A DNA stretch of 64,000 bases. Source: Eledone cirrhosa. Lineage: Eukaryota. Location: positions 213,776,001 to 213,840,000 of the forward strand of contig OZ024740.1 in NCBI GenBank assembly GCA_964016885.1, given 5' to 3'. Under the pieces are notes generated by a model. The model was not told the DNA's origin. It ran no database searches and was given only the letters and a program-made list of their open reading frames with translations. Every line of letters begins with the position of its first letter. The stretch's first letter is position 1. The position numbers were made by a program, and so were the translations under genes. Below are positions 11,210 through 24,184 of the stretch, one piece after another.

Positions 11210-12164
11210 TTATATATGTGGTAGGGAGATCTATATATATAAGCGAAGTTAGATAGAATACTTTTTTTATCTATCTTGTTTATACTCCCACGATTAGAGT
11301 TTTTTCTCATTTAATTTTAATATATGATATTGCTTCTCTGAGAGATTTCTTTCATTGCAATGTTTAAGTATTAGAGACTAATTAATGTTTAATTAATATA
11401 TATATTAATTAAAGGTTTATATATATATAATAAAAAGGACGAGGTGTTAGATTTTCATTCACTATATATATAATCTACTGTTAAATTCTTCAGATGTACC
11501 ATCCATATCCACCCGTTCTTTTGGAGTCTATAAACAAATTGATATAGTGAAAGTGGTATTGTTATAAATCAGGGACCGACCTTTTGTTCTGTAAATACTA
11601 TAACAAAAACAAATACAAGAGAACGAGAACACCTCTACGTGGACAATGGAGCTGCCAGAAATAGCAGCATTTTTTTCAAGTTGCATCATACAATCTTAAA
11701 AGAACATATAATATAATTCAGAATATATTATATCTAAAATAATAATAATAATAATTATAAACATCTAACACTATTATTTTGGTTTTGTTGACATAGGTAA
11801 TATCTTCCGTTAAAAAGTACTTAATTATATTTCAAAATTAACTAATTAAAGCGATCGTTATAAATATTTGCCAATTAATCATAATTTTTATTAATCAAAT
11901 TACTTTTCCTCACCTTTTCTTATAGGTATTGCTATATATTTATACTTTTCCCGTAGGTAAATCTAGTTATGCCTGCCTCTAAACACGCATCAAACATATT
12001 AACCTAGTTCAGTTGTGTTTATCAGAAATTCATTTTTACCTGGTATATTTTGTAATTTAGTGAATATTGCAAGGTATGACACACCCGAGGGGGAATTTAT
12101 TTGATCAACACACGGATAACTTTCTAAAACATCAAGTAGTGTGCCCATTCCACCTAAGAACGTT

Positions 12165-12285
12165 TCAGTGGGTACCCTCACCTACACGAAAGTATGTGGG
12201 TACCCCCACCCTCACGAAAGTACCTGGGGGTACCCCCACCCCCACGAAAGTATCAAGGGGTACTCCCACCCTCACGAAAGTATCT
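12165..12285. repeat. About 30-bp minisatellite, 4 copies
   Basis: Repeated GGGTACCCCCACCCTCACGAAAGTA. Confidence 0.85.
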
Positions 12286-12719
12286 GCACACTATAACCCC
12301 CTCCCTCCACATATACGGTGAAAGTGTTGTTTCCTATTTTATAAAAAGTTACCGAAACGAAAACTGAAACGGTAAATATTCTGTTAATACTGCTACAAGA
12401 ACATACGTATACTTCTTTTAATGAGTCACTGTAGTTAATAGGAAATAACATACTGGCGCTCCAACTGTGACTGTATGTTGACTGATCACAAATGGAACGT
12501 CTTTGTAATATATCTCATTATAGTGGCTTATTGAAGTGTAAGTAAAACAAGAATTAGAGTGGTGTTTACACAAGTTTATAAACAAACTGTCATGGTCTCC
12601 ATTTCAGTTTTTCGGTTTAATTCTTAGTCGTTTCGACCTGAAGCTAAAATAGGAAACCACCTAGGAAAAATACCAGTATTTATAGGTCTCATGTACGTTG
12701 ATATTATTACTAAATTATA

Positions 12720-13000
12720 GTTACAGCCCTTTACGTTCTGGGTTCTGAAATCCCGTCAAGGTTAGCTTTGCCTTTCATCCTTACAGGGTCGATAAAATAA
12801 ATTATCAGTAACGTAATGGGGTCGATTTAATCGACTTTACCCTCCACCAAAATTGTTGGCCTTGTGCCTAAATCAGAAACCATTATTTAATTTCCCGAGG
12901 TTAACTTTGCCGTTCATCCTTTCGGGGTCGATAAAATAAAGAACCAGTTATGTGCTGGGTAATTGCTGGCCTTGTGCCAAAAGTAGAAACAATTATTTAA
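12720..13000 (+). mobile_element. Second tRNA-SINE family; copies at 17352-17590 (+), 17605-17783 (-), 21395-21580 (+), 24210-24550 (+), 49800-50010 (+), 60890-61050 (-), 62425-62630 (+)
   Basis: GAGTTCAAATCCC B-box, conserved core GTTAACTTTGCCTTTCATCCTTACGGGGTCGATAAAATAAAGTACCAG, and tail GCTGGCCTTGTGCC...AGAAAC(C/A)ATTATTA. Confidence 0.8.
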
Positions 13001-13965
13001 TTTCCTTGTGGTAATATCAATATTTATAAAATGTGGAATAGTTATATTCACAGTTGTATAAATAATATTACAAATTGCTCACAATTGTTTCAGAATAACA
13101 CCACAAATATAATGTCGTTGATAAACACAAATATAAACACATATAACAAATACAATTAACTGTTGCTTGGATCCTCACAAAAACAACACCAAAATATATG
13201 ACCAGAGTGAGAGAAAGAAGAAAAAAAAGGGTGGGGGACAAAAACCAAAATGACCATCTATTCACCAGCAAATGTGACAATCGGCCACACATCACATCAT
13301 AAAAGTCAACGGAATACTTTGAGGCAAGCCAACACACTCAACATTACCACGAGAGATGGCGAGGCTAAGACACTGAAACAATCAAGCACCCTCACGGACA
13401 TCATCTGACACCTCAGTAAGGCTGGGTGATGACAAGACTAAGGCGCTGAAATAGCCAGGCACCCTCATGGGCTTCACCTGACACCTCAGTAAGGCAAGCC
13501 ACCAGTTGTATCGACAAATAATAATTTAACAAAAATAATATACTGTTTTCTGTATTATATTTACGTCAGTCAGAATTGAAGTATTACTCACTGAAGGTTG
13601 ACGGGATCTCTATTGTACAACAGGGCTAAGAAAATATTGACCCATCCCGCTGACAAATTATTCAGTTGTTTTTTTTATTTGATGGACAGAAGTTATTCCA
13701 GGCTAAACTTCTCACCAAGTTACTGGGCATTCCTGGGCCCCTTGGCTATCAGAGCGGAGCTGGCTGCCTGCAGGTGTGAGCGTCGCGAGGTGGGGTGACT
13801 ATTCCAGTATGACTCCCTCACAGTTCTCCAGGGTAATGTCTTCTCCATCCAGTCAGCCAGGACAACACGGGGGACGATATATTAGGGCAGGAGTAGGGTG
13901 GAGTTATTAATGCTGACACACATACTCAATACTCTCTAACCACTAAACCATGTGCCACATATATA

Positions 13966-15031
13966 CCTATCTATCTAGGGTGGGTAAAATTCTCGAGATC
14001 CACGAACGAGTTCTCTCCAGCAGTCTCTGTCCTTCATCATCGCCGCCATGTCTTGCGTCTCCCAGAGACCAGTGTCTGTTTTTAGGGCATCAATATATGT
14101 CATCCTCAGTCTCCTTCTAGTGTGTCCGTGTAGGGGCTCCCACAGGACCACTGAGTGCAGAGTCAACTATGAATGTCAGTGAACATGTCCAGCTAATCTC
14201 AGTCTCCTCTGTGTTACTTTCAAGCTGACTTTTGGGAAGCTCCCATACAGCTCTGAGTTCTTCATCCTCAGTGTATACTGATTAATGTTCAGAGCCATCC
14301 TCAGCATTCTCATGTAGCATCCATCCACCATCTGAGTGAGTCTCTTGGTCAGTGTCCAAGTCTCAGACCCGTACAGCAGCACAGACTCCTGTAGCGACGA
14401 AGAAACGGATCTTCAGGTCTTTACAAAGGTCCGACTTCCACACCGATCTCAAACTGTGACACTCCGCCCAGGCTTTGCTCTTCCTCTCCACCACATCATC
14501 CTCTGTGTTCCCAATCTTTGCTCCCAGATACAGAAAGTCCTCAACCAACTCTAGCGGCTTCCCGCCTACATTAGTAATCCTCTCTGGTTTCTTAATATTC
14601 TCTACCAGATACTTCGTCTTACTCTCATTCATTCTCAGCCCCACACTCATCGACACAATCTCTACCTCCCGCATCAACTCCTCTGCCCCCTTCACTGTGT
14701 TTTGTGCAGGACTATGACTTCAGGAAGGCTTTTGATTCTGTGGACTGTCACTGCATGATGAAGATCTTACAGGCTTATGGACCTGATATCACTGCTCTAC
14801 ACCAACACCAGAGCCTAAGTCATTACACCTGATGGGATGACTGAGTTCTTTGAGATACTGGCTGGAGTGCTCCAGGGCGATACATTGGTTTCCTACCTTT
14901 TTATCATCACAGTGGACTATTGTATGCGCCTTGCGCTGGAGAAACACCAGGACGTGGGCTTTACTGTAGCACTGGTTCAGAGCAGGAGAGTTAAGGCGAA
15001 AAAGATATGAGATGCTGAATTTGCTGATGAC
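13966..15031 (-). mobile_element. 5'-truncated, 5'-inverted RTE-clade LINE (RT and C-terminal region, frameshifted)
   Basis: Minus strand 14700->13975 gives GLRMNESKTKY, FLYLG, LLYGSETWTL and RRLRLAGHV. Plus strand 14716->15031 gives DFRKAFDSV, GVLQGDTL and FADD. Confidence 0.85.
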
Positions 15032-15056
15032 ACACACACATATATAATATCTAAGC

Positions 15057-15202
15057 CAGTCATGGGCAAACTGCGGCTTGTTTGGCTTTCTGTATGGCAC
15101 ACCTAATTTCAAAATTGCCTTGAATTTTTTGGAGTGTGGCCCACCTTTTGATGAGTCACATCATATGTGGCCCACTGCTTCAAAAAAGGTTGCCTATGCT
15201 TG
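15057..15202. mobile_element. hAT-type MITE with an 8-bp target-site duplication
   Basis: CAGTCATGGGCAAAC...GGTTGCCTATGCTTG flanked by ATCTAAGC at 15049-15056 and 15203-15210. Confidence 0.85.
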
Positions 15203-15279
15203 ATCTAAGCAATTTTGACTTCTCCATTTTGGGTAAAGTTGTAGATCGAAAATGATATCTGTACAATCAGACTTAAGAT

Positions 15280-15415
15280 ATAGTGGTCACGTGACATGTT
15301 TTTTTACATAGCAACACAACCCTGTTGGCAAGTAGAGAAAGAAGACGGGAGGAAAAATCCTTAATTACTCTCGGTCTCGAGAGTAATTACAGCACTTTGC
15401 TGTACAACACTTTGT
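15280..15415 (+). promoter_or_regulatory. Putative AKTIP promoter and non-coding first exon
   Basis: GTCACGTGAC (E-box/CLEAR) at 15286-15295, CATAGCAAC (RFX half-site) at 15307-15315, CpGs retained, possible GTATGT donor at 15414. The first coding exon has an acceptor at 15985, so an upstream exon is required. Confidence 0.45.
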
Positions 15416-16000
15416 ATGTCCCTTGAGTAAGATACTTTATTTCATGTTTCAATTCACTCAGCTGGAAAAAACAAAACCAAAATTGGTTGTGACATCATTG
15501 GCGCCAACACTGGTGACATGCATTTTCCCTGGACAACATTGGTGGCATGCAGATTGACTGCTGGCCCTGCACCTTACCCAGAAGGGGCCATACTCTACAA
15601 TACAGATTATTTCCCTATTTCAACAGTTAAAAAAATAAATGAAATAATAATTGATTGATGAGGACTTCAGAAAGCCAGTACGATGTGGTAGAAAAATATA
15701 AGGGCAAAGGATGACAGATAAAACAAAACAAAGTAATGTTTTATCCAATATATTTCAACATAATATTTCAGGGTTAGAACCCTCTTGTCAAATGCAAAAC
15801 AAAAACAATACGTTCTTCCTTAACTGTTCCAAGTATATGGATTGTGCATGTGTGGAGCAGTCATAGAATCCACTCTACTCCATGTAGTTCTGTTCTTTGT
15901 GTTAATGATTAAAGATTCTTTAATAATATTTTTAAAAATAAAAACAGGATTTTGTAATGATTGTTTTTGTTTCTATTACTTTTAGGTGCTTGTTTTTATA

Positions 16001-16158
16001 ATGGCTGTAAGGGAAGGTCGAAAAATGCTTCCACCCATTCCTGTTGCACAAGATACTGTCCCACAGACATTAGATAATAATGCTTCAAAGGACAAAACAC
16101 CAAAACTTATACAAGATCTCAAGAGGTCTACTCAGGAATATGCTCTAATGGCAGAATT
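16001..16158 (+). CDS. AKTIP: AKT-interacting protein (FTS), coding exon 1; the exon starts at 15986
   Basis: MAVREGRKMLPPIP...QEYALMAEF resembles AKTIP KKQLPSIP...LEYSLLAEF. GTAAGA donor. Confidence 0.88.
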
Positions 16159-16374
16159 GTAAGATTATATATTATATTTAATCCTCCTTTATATATTTCA
16201 TTTGGACTTTGCTGTTGATTAGTTGAATTGGTGTGGGTAGAGGCCACATGTTTGAATAGATATGACTTTTAGTTCTATGTTAGGCCAGTTCCACTTTGAT
16301 GAAGAGATAACATGAGTTGGTATAACTCACTGCTGTAATCCTTAATAGCAATACTGTTTACAGTGGTGAGCTTC

Positions 16375-16566
16375 TATGAGGCTGTAAAGTTCATAGGCTG
16401 ACCAAGATACTCTCGTGGAATGATCAAATAAGGTTTATTTTTCAACATAGCCCCTGTAAAGAAACAATGCACTTATTAAGAAGAAGAGTTGAAATTAATC
16501 ATGCAAGATTTCACAGTTCTAGCATCACTCCTTCATAGTCAGCCTATGAACTTTTCAGCCCATGTA
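16375..16566. mobile_element. Mariner-type MITE; a longer copy in opposite orientation lies at 17900-18362
   Basis: TA-flanked TIRs with consensus close to TACGAGGGTTGACTGAAAAGTTCATAGGCTGAC, and shared internal sequence. Confidence 0.75.
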
Positions 16567-18853
16567 CTGCAAGTGAAGAACTGAATCTGATATTACTATC
16601 TTTATAAGATGGACAGAACTTGACTCCATTAGATCGATTTACACTCGATACATTTGAAGGATATCTACCTTGTGATGGCATATTCTAGAAAGACTTCAGT
16701 GGTATACTAAAGGGCTTGTAAATGAGTTTTGAAGGGTTTCTAAATCACCAGGCATATATAGCACATGTATGTCACCAACACGCCCACCCTCTAAGGTGGT
16801 CATGTTGGTGACATGACAAAAAGCACGCAGGTCACTCTGTAAGGTGGTCGTGATTGTGGCATGACAAAAAGCACCTGGTCCACCCTATAAGGTGATCGTG
16901 CTGGTGACACAATGAAAATGTGCCCAGTCCAACCTGTCAGTTGGTTGTTTTTGTGCCATGATAAAAAGTAGCTGGTCCACACTGTAAATGTGGTTGGCAT
17001 TAAGTAGGGCATTCAGCTGTAGAAACCAAGCCAGAAACAGTTTTGTATGAGCAAGACAGGGTCACCTGATCTGACTTGTCTCACAACTCATCTAACCCAT
17101 GCTAACATAGAAAATGGATTCCAAACGATGATGATAATGAGTTCCACAAAGATTGTGTATAAATGTTATTGTTAAAACTTTTGATTATAAAAATGTCCAT
17201 CCTCTTGTTACAACCTTGAACCAAATTTTCAAGCAAAGCTGTCGAGCTGGAAATATTAAGTTTGTATTTTCTACCAGCTTAATTATTAGTGTTGGCTGCC
17301 AGTTGTCTTTGGCATAATATTGAATGTAAATAAACAATCACATTGTTTTCAGGAGCGGTGGATTGGCAGTATCGGTAGAGCATCTGACAGTAGGCTTTGT
17401 GGCATAGAGTTACATCTCTTTATATTCTGAGTTCAACCCCCCCCTAATCATCCCAAAGTTAGCTTTGCCTTTTATCTTACGGGGATTGATAAAATAAAGT
17501 ACCAATAATGCTTTGGGGACGATTTGATCAACTTTCCCCTTCCTTTCAAATTGCTGGCCTTGTGCCAAATGTAGAAACAATTATTATTATGAAACAAATG
17601 TATATAATTGTTTCTACTTTTGGCACAAGGCCAGCGCATTACTGGTACTTTATTTTATCGACCCCGTAAGGATGAAAGGCAAAGTTAACCTCGGCGGGAT
17701 TTGAACTCAGTCCGTAAAGGGACGTAACTGTGTTGCAAAGCATGGCGTCCGACCCTCTACCGATACTGCCAATTCACCACCCTTCACAACAAATGTATAT
17801 AATGATATCCATTTAAGTAATCAGAAACTACCTTTATAGGTTCTGAATTGTATTCATCCAAAGATAGAGTTAAAGGAAGATATTTATCAAAATTGTCATT
17901 ACAAGGGTAGATTGAAAAGTTCATAGGCTGACTATGAAGGAGTGATGCTAAAGTTGTGAAATCTTGCATGCATTACCGTCTTTGAACCGTTTCTTCTGAC
18001 TACTATGAGAATATTTTTCATGGTTCAGCTTGCCATGGTCTAATATATAAGTCTGATAATAAGATCCCTGACTCTAAATTTCTCTCAAGAACAGGCTTGC
18101 TAAGCAACAAAACATTTCTAATTCAGTTCTAGGCTTGTTAGCAGACCATGATCAGAGTTAGTGATGAGCAGCAAGGATATTGTGAATGTATCAAGTTTAT
18201 GACGTAGTCATGCTAGAGTTGTGAAATCTTGCATTCATTTCAACTCTTCTTATTGATAACTGAAATGTTTCTTTCTAGGGACTATGTTGAAAAATAAACC
18301 TCATTTGGTCATTCCATGAGAGTATCTTGGTCAGCCTAAGAATGTTTCAGTCAACCCTCGTATATGCTTAATTTGACTTTTTCATATTCAAAAAACTGTG
18401 TTGAAGTTAACTTTAAACCAATATACTTTCATAGTCAAAAGTTATTAACTTTAAACCTGCATACTTTTGAAATTTATAATTCACTCAATGCTCCTTAAAA
18501 CAATATTATTATTTATATTCACTGATATGATAAATAAGGCTTTAATAAATGGCAGGAAAATTTGTCATCCTGCTTTGGTGTAATTGGTAGCACTCCTGTC
18601 TGGCATAAGGCATGTGTAAATTCATATCCCATAGGCAACGCTGTTTACTTTTTTTCATCTCTATTTAACTGTTATTCATAATCAGAAACCTCTGCTCAAG
18701 CAGTTAATTTCAAGCTAACACACATTAAAATCTCATAACTAGCTCAATATGATTGTTTATTGACATTATTCAGTTTAATTTTCAAAGGTAGAAATTGACT
18801 TAACTGATGAAATTATATACATTACTATCTAATTATTTGATTTTCTTTTTTAG

Positions 18854-18918
18854 TAATCTCCTTAGTCAACAGAAATTACCTGGTGTGTATGTCGTCCCAT
18901 CAGCTACAAATACATTTG
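18854..18918 (+). CDS. AKTIP: AKTIP coding exon 2
   Basis: NLLSQQKLPGVYVVPSATNTF, AG/GT boundaries, phase consistent. Confidence 0.93.
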
Positions 18919-18952
18919 GTAAGTAATCTTTCTAATTGAAATTAAAGTTACT

Positions 18953-19167
18953 TACCGTATATATTTGAATATAAGCTGAGGAATATGTCACCAAAAAGTT
19001 GATTGTAAAATGGGAGGTTGGTTTATAAACAGAGTTTGGAATTTTGCCCATTTCTCAGATAAAATAGGGTGTTCACCTATATTTGCCATCTAAACATTGT
19101 GTTGATTACCTGCTTTGGTTTATATATGGGGTTTCGGTTATTGCCTATTTCTCAGACATAAAATAGG

Positions 19168-19202
<35 letters not shown>

Positions 19203-19222
19203 ATATTCAAATATATAAGGTA
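18953..19222. mobile_element. pogo/Tc2-like MITE; second copy at 47513-47704, partial at about 21975-22128
   Basis: TA-CCGTATATA(T/C)TTGAATATAAGC...TTATATTCAA(A/G)TATATA(A/T)GG-TA termini. Confidence 0.75.
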
Positions 19223-20199
19223 CTTATATTAGTAGGGAGAAATTTAAAGTATTTAGATACTATTGATGAATAAAATATTTGTGGATTAAACAATAGAGCT
19301 CATCTGAGTATATTACCAATAACTAAAGCTCAATTCTTCTAAAATATACACTAAGCTAAAGATGGATCAAACAGAGAACAGAAGAAATAGTTTAGCTATG
19401 GAAAACTTTCTGTGAAGGCTGTATGGTATGGTCCTTAACTCCAGATGAAGTTCTAGGGGCACAATAGTGGCATACAGCATTCTTGGGCATTTTTTAAAGC
19501 TAGCTGGAGCTTATCCCTCTCCAGGTCTGAATACAGAAGATTTATTCCAGAGAAGGATAGAAACAGAGAGAGAGGATATGAAAAAGAGATATAGAGGAAG
19601 AATCAACCCCTGTACTGGACTGGTACTTTTTTATCAACCTTAAATGGATGAAAGGCAAAGTTGACCTCGGTGGGATTTGAACTGAAAGAGCAGTGAGCTG
19701 GAACAAATACTACGCTCTAACAAACATTTAAAAATTTGTTCTCATTACTCATTGTTATGGCATATTTGGTCTGTTTTTATATCCCACTCATATTTCAACT
19801 GGCATGTAACATTTCTATTACATGTTTATATAAGTATAACTTTATTTCAAACACATAAGTCAATACTTCTGCTACCAAGACATTTTCACCATCTCAATTA
19901 CACTCAGCCTTTCATATAAATTAATGTTGCAATATAATATGTAATGCTCTTTTCTTTGAAAAGTTAGTTAAAGTTTTTCTTGAGTCTAGGGAACTCATGA
20001 GACTGGAGAATATCTCACTTTCATTGGCATTAAGTGACTGCGAATACAAGCCTCTCACTCTCTACCCTGCAAATGAAATGCCTCTCCATTGTAGGTTTAA
20101 CCCCCTAGCTACTGCTGATACTCATTTCTTTTAGTTGAGTTAACTGGAACAACATGAAACGAAGTGCCTTGCCAAAAGACACAACATGCTACACAGTCA

Positions 20200-20540
20200 T
20201 CATCATTCATCATTTCATTTTACGTCCGCTTTTCCCTGCTTGCAAGGGTGGGACGGGAATTGATTCTGGCATGATTTCTACAGCTGGATGCCCTTCCTAA
20301 CACCAACCTCATTTACAGTGAGTGCTGGGTGCTTTTTTTCCGCGGCACCTCCACGACCACTTTGCAGTGGAATGATAGGGACCCCAGTCCCTATCATCTC
20401 ATTTCTACAGCTGAGTAAACTGGAGCAATGTGAAATAAAGTCTCTTGCTCAAGGAAACAACACATCACCCAGTCTGAGAATTGAACTCACAACCTTTCGA
20501 TTGCAAGGCCAATGCTCTAACCACTAAGCCATATGCCTCA
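20200..20540 (-). mobile_element. Full-length tRNA-headed SINE with an (ATG)n-type tail; near-identical copies at 61993-62330 (+) and 62714-63020 (-)
   Basis: Head GAGGCATATGGCTTAGTGGTTAGAGC...GAGTTCAATTCTC. The supplied ORFs at 20288, 62006 and 62786 translate almost identically. Confidence 0.85.
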
Positions 20541-20905
20541 CAACAATACAATTGTTAGTCCAACACTTGTACTAAATACGAGCAAGGCGCAGTTATGATG
20601 ACCTCTTCTGCTAACCAGTATTTTAGTCTTGACCATGCTTTCAGGATTCTACAATCCCTGCATTAAGAATGAGGTCATCAATGCATATAAAATTCTGCTA
20701 GGAGAGCCAGCATTCAATCTTAACCCATTAATGTATTGTGTCCTCATAACAAGACAGTAAAAAAATGATACAACATGAAATATTTTAGTTTTGGGGATGG
20801 TTACCTGATCTCATTAAAAAGAAGCATATGGAAATTTAAATGAATATATTTTCATTGATCACTGATTAAAAATAAATCTTACCATCTGCTCTTTACATGA
20901 TCCAG

Positions 20906-21006
20906 TTTGGAATGGGATATTATTTATTCGGAAAGGAATGTATCAAGGTGGAATATTTCGATTTTCCTTAAAGATGCCAGAAAACTACCCCAGTTGTGAT
21001 TGTCCT
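20906..21006 (+). CDS. AKTIP: AKTIP coding exon 3
   Basis: WNGILFIRKGMYQGGIFRFSLKMPENYPSCDCP (UBC fold), AG/GT boundaries. Confidence 0.94.
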
Positions 21007-22525
21007 GTAAGTATATTTCATATACTTCAGTCTTTTTATGATATTTCTTAAGAAAAATCAAACATTTATTCTTAAAATAATTTTGTTTATATTTTTTTTA
21101 TTAAATATCTTTTTAGACAACATTTAGTTAACTCACAATGTAGTGGCAAATTGGAATGTAGTCAATGTAGTCACTGCATCGTTGATAACTATAATAATAG
21201 TTGATAACTATAAAGAGGGGAAAAATGGACAGTGACACCTAGAGGGAAAGAAACCATGCATGTCTTGTATGCCAAGTGAACATGTTTAACCATTACGCCA
21301 AAGACATCTCTGTCCACTTTTTTCTGTCTCTAGAGGTACGTTATCTAATTTTCTCAACTATAGTTATCATCTATTATTATAGTTACTTGCGGTCGTTTGG
21401 CAGTATCGGTAGAGGGTCGGACGCCATGCTTTCCAGCATAGTTACGTCCCTTTACGATCTGAGTTCAAATCCCGCCGAGGTTGACTTTGCCTTTCATCCT
21501 TACGGGGTCGATAAAATAAAGTACCAGTAATGCACTGGGTAATTGCTGGCCTTGTGCCAAAAGTAGAAACAATTATTATAGTTACTTGCATTATGGCAAC
21601 AATATTTTCAAATTTCAAATATCTTTTTGTTTCTTGAATACTGATATGAATTAGATAATAAGCCTATCTGTATTATCGTTAATGTCTTTACTGATTTCCT
21701 CATTATGTTTCTATTAACTGTTTCTTCTAGGTTTTTTTCTCAACTTATTTTTGATTCCTTCTTCTTTTGTCTCCTTCACCCACTTATTCACTGAGATGGC
21801 CGTAGGGGCTGAGTCCTCAAACATTTTTTGATTCCTTTACTGTTAATTGTCAACCAGCTAGATTTCTCTACTTCTAAAAACCTTGTCTCAGAAATTCCAG
21901 AAATTTGCTCTAAATTGTTTTGAGTGTGGATTAGCCTTATTAACCCTTAAGTCTGCCACTCTACCCCCCCCCCCCCCCCAATTTCAGGATAAAACGAGGT
22001 TCGGCTTATACTGACCATCTAAACAATGTATTGATTAGCTGCCTTATCTTATAAACACCGTTTGGATTTTTGCCTGTTTTTCAAACATAAAATAGGGGGG
22101 TTCGGCATATATTTGAGTATATATGGTAATTAATTAGAATATAGTGTTGTATGTCACTATTTAACAATAAAAAAATCAATAGAATGTCTCAGGAAAGAAT
22201 CACTGGACAGATTTTATGGGCAAAACCAACCAGCAGGATACCCAGGGGTAGACCCCGAGCAAGATGGTTGGATAATATCCATTAGCTTGGCTAGTCTCAC
22301 TTGGGTATCCAACTGAATCAGCTGGAAATGGTTGCTTCTGACAGGACCTGCTGGAGGGAGTGTTTGAGGACTCTGTTCCCATGACCCTCTCAGAAATAAG
22401 TGGAAGAAGAAGTAGTGAATATTTTAAACATTACTATGAAATATTGTTTAATGTTGTTGATAAAGTAAATATTTATGCTGTAAAATTTGATGAATAATTT
22501 TTTTTATAATTTTTTATTTGTACAG

Positions 22526-22614
22526 ACTGTATATTTTATCCCTCCTATTTTCCACCCTGTTATTAATCCAGATACAGGGGAACTTGATGTAAAACGAGCC
22601 TTTCCCAAATGGAG
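22526..22614 (+). CDS. AKTIP: AKTIP coding exon 4
   Basis: [30 protein letters not shown]. Asp replaces the catalytic E2 Cys, as in AKTIP. Confidence 0.94.
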
Positions 22615-22744
22615 GTAAATCTGTAGCTTTTCTTTCTCTTCTAAATTGGCTGCTTTGTTTGTTTTATGTTAGATCACATTTCATATGAATTTTAAGTAAA
22701 ATCCTCAACAAATTCCAATATAGAATTCCAACTAATCATTTCAG

Positions 22745-22843
22745 AAAAAGTGTCAACCACTTGTGGCAGATTTTGCTGTACGTCCGAAAAATATTCTATA
22801 AAATTGATACCAAATCACCTTGGAACATTGAGGCAGCTGTTTT
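22745..22843 (+). CDS. AKTIP: AKTIP coding exon 5
   Basis: [37 protein letters not shown] boundaries. Confidence 0.94.
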
Positions 22844-24079
22844 GTAAGTAAATAATTTCCTTTTTAAAGATATCATCATCATCATCGTTAAACGTCCATT
22901 TTCCATGCTAGCATGGGTTAGACAAGTTGTCCCATTTGAGCAAGTCAGATCAAGTGTCTACGTCTTACTCATACAGAACTGGTTCTGGCTTTGTCTCTAC
23001 AGCTTGATGCCCATCCTAACACAAACCACATTTACAGGGTGGACTGGGTGCTTTTTATTGTGGCACCAAAACAACTAAATTGACAGGGTGGACTAGGTAC
23101 TTTTTTCATTGTGTTACCAGCATCCACCTTAGAGTGTGAACTGGGTGATCTTTGTCGTGTCACCAACATGACCACCTTAGTATGGACTGGGTGATCTTTG
23201 TCATGTCACCAACATGACCACCTTACAGTGTCGACTGGGTGATCTTTGTCATGTCACCAACATGACCACCTTACAGTGTCGACTGGGGGATCTTTGTTGT
23301 GGCACTAAAATGACCACCTTACAGTGTGGACTGGGTGATCTTTGTCATGTCACCAACATGACCACCTTACAGTGTGGACTGTGTGATCTTATTCGTGACA
23401 CCAGAGCGACTACTTTACAGTGTGGGCTGGGGTGGAGTGTTAGGACATGGAAGGTGTATGGAAGGGGGCGGGGATTATACAGGATTTATGTATGGCTTAC
23501 AAGAAAATGTTAAATGTTCCATAAGGAAATTAAAAGAAAATAGGCTGAAACACAAAAAAATAACATGAGCATTGGTGTGTTTTTCATCTTTGATTCCTCA
23601 TCTGAATCAAATTTGTTTGTATTTTTCTTCCATTTGAATAATTATTAACAAACTTGTTTTCTGAAATGTTAGAAATAAGCAGGTCATTTTGTCTCAATGA
23701 AGTTAGTCTTTTCTAATATGGTTACAATGTAATCATACAATGATATACTTTGTTTAGAGTATGGTTGAATACATCAACAAGAAAAGTTAGAAGATTATTT
23801 GTAACAAGAATATAATGGAGCTGTTAACACTGAAATTCTGAAATGTCACTCAGCTTATTTTGACATAGACGTCTTGTTTCTTGGTTTGTTATTCAGTATA
23901 AATTGGACTAAGGATGACATGGTTAAGAGTTCAAACTTTGTTGTAGTCATTGAGATAATTTAAATACTTTATATGATTTTTTTTATTCAAATATGAATTT
24001 TTAAAAATTTAAGTAATAAATGTTAGTTTTTTTATCATATATCAAAGACTTTTGCATAACTTTTCTGTCATTTTTCTAG

Positions 24080-24184
24080 ATATGACCAAATTGATATGTA
24101 TGAATCGAAAGTAGCACAATCTATCCAGAAATGCAGAGAAAGTATCTATGAACTACCTGACCCAAATGACCTTCATGCTATTCA
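24080..24184 (+). CDS. AKTIP: AKTIP coding exon 6
   Basis: YDQIDMYESKVAQSIQKCRESIYELPDPNDLHAI, AG/GT boundaries. Confidence 0.9.

Noticed and set aside
9970-15985. NOC2L and AKTIP sharing one bidirectional promoter
   Set aside because: They are 6 kb apart, and a better AKTIP promoter candidate lies at about 15290. Not excluded without TSS data.
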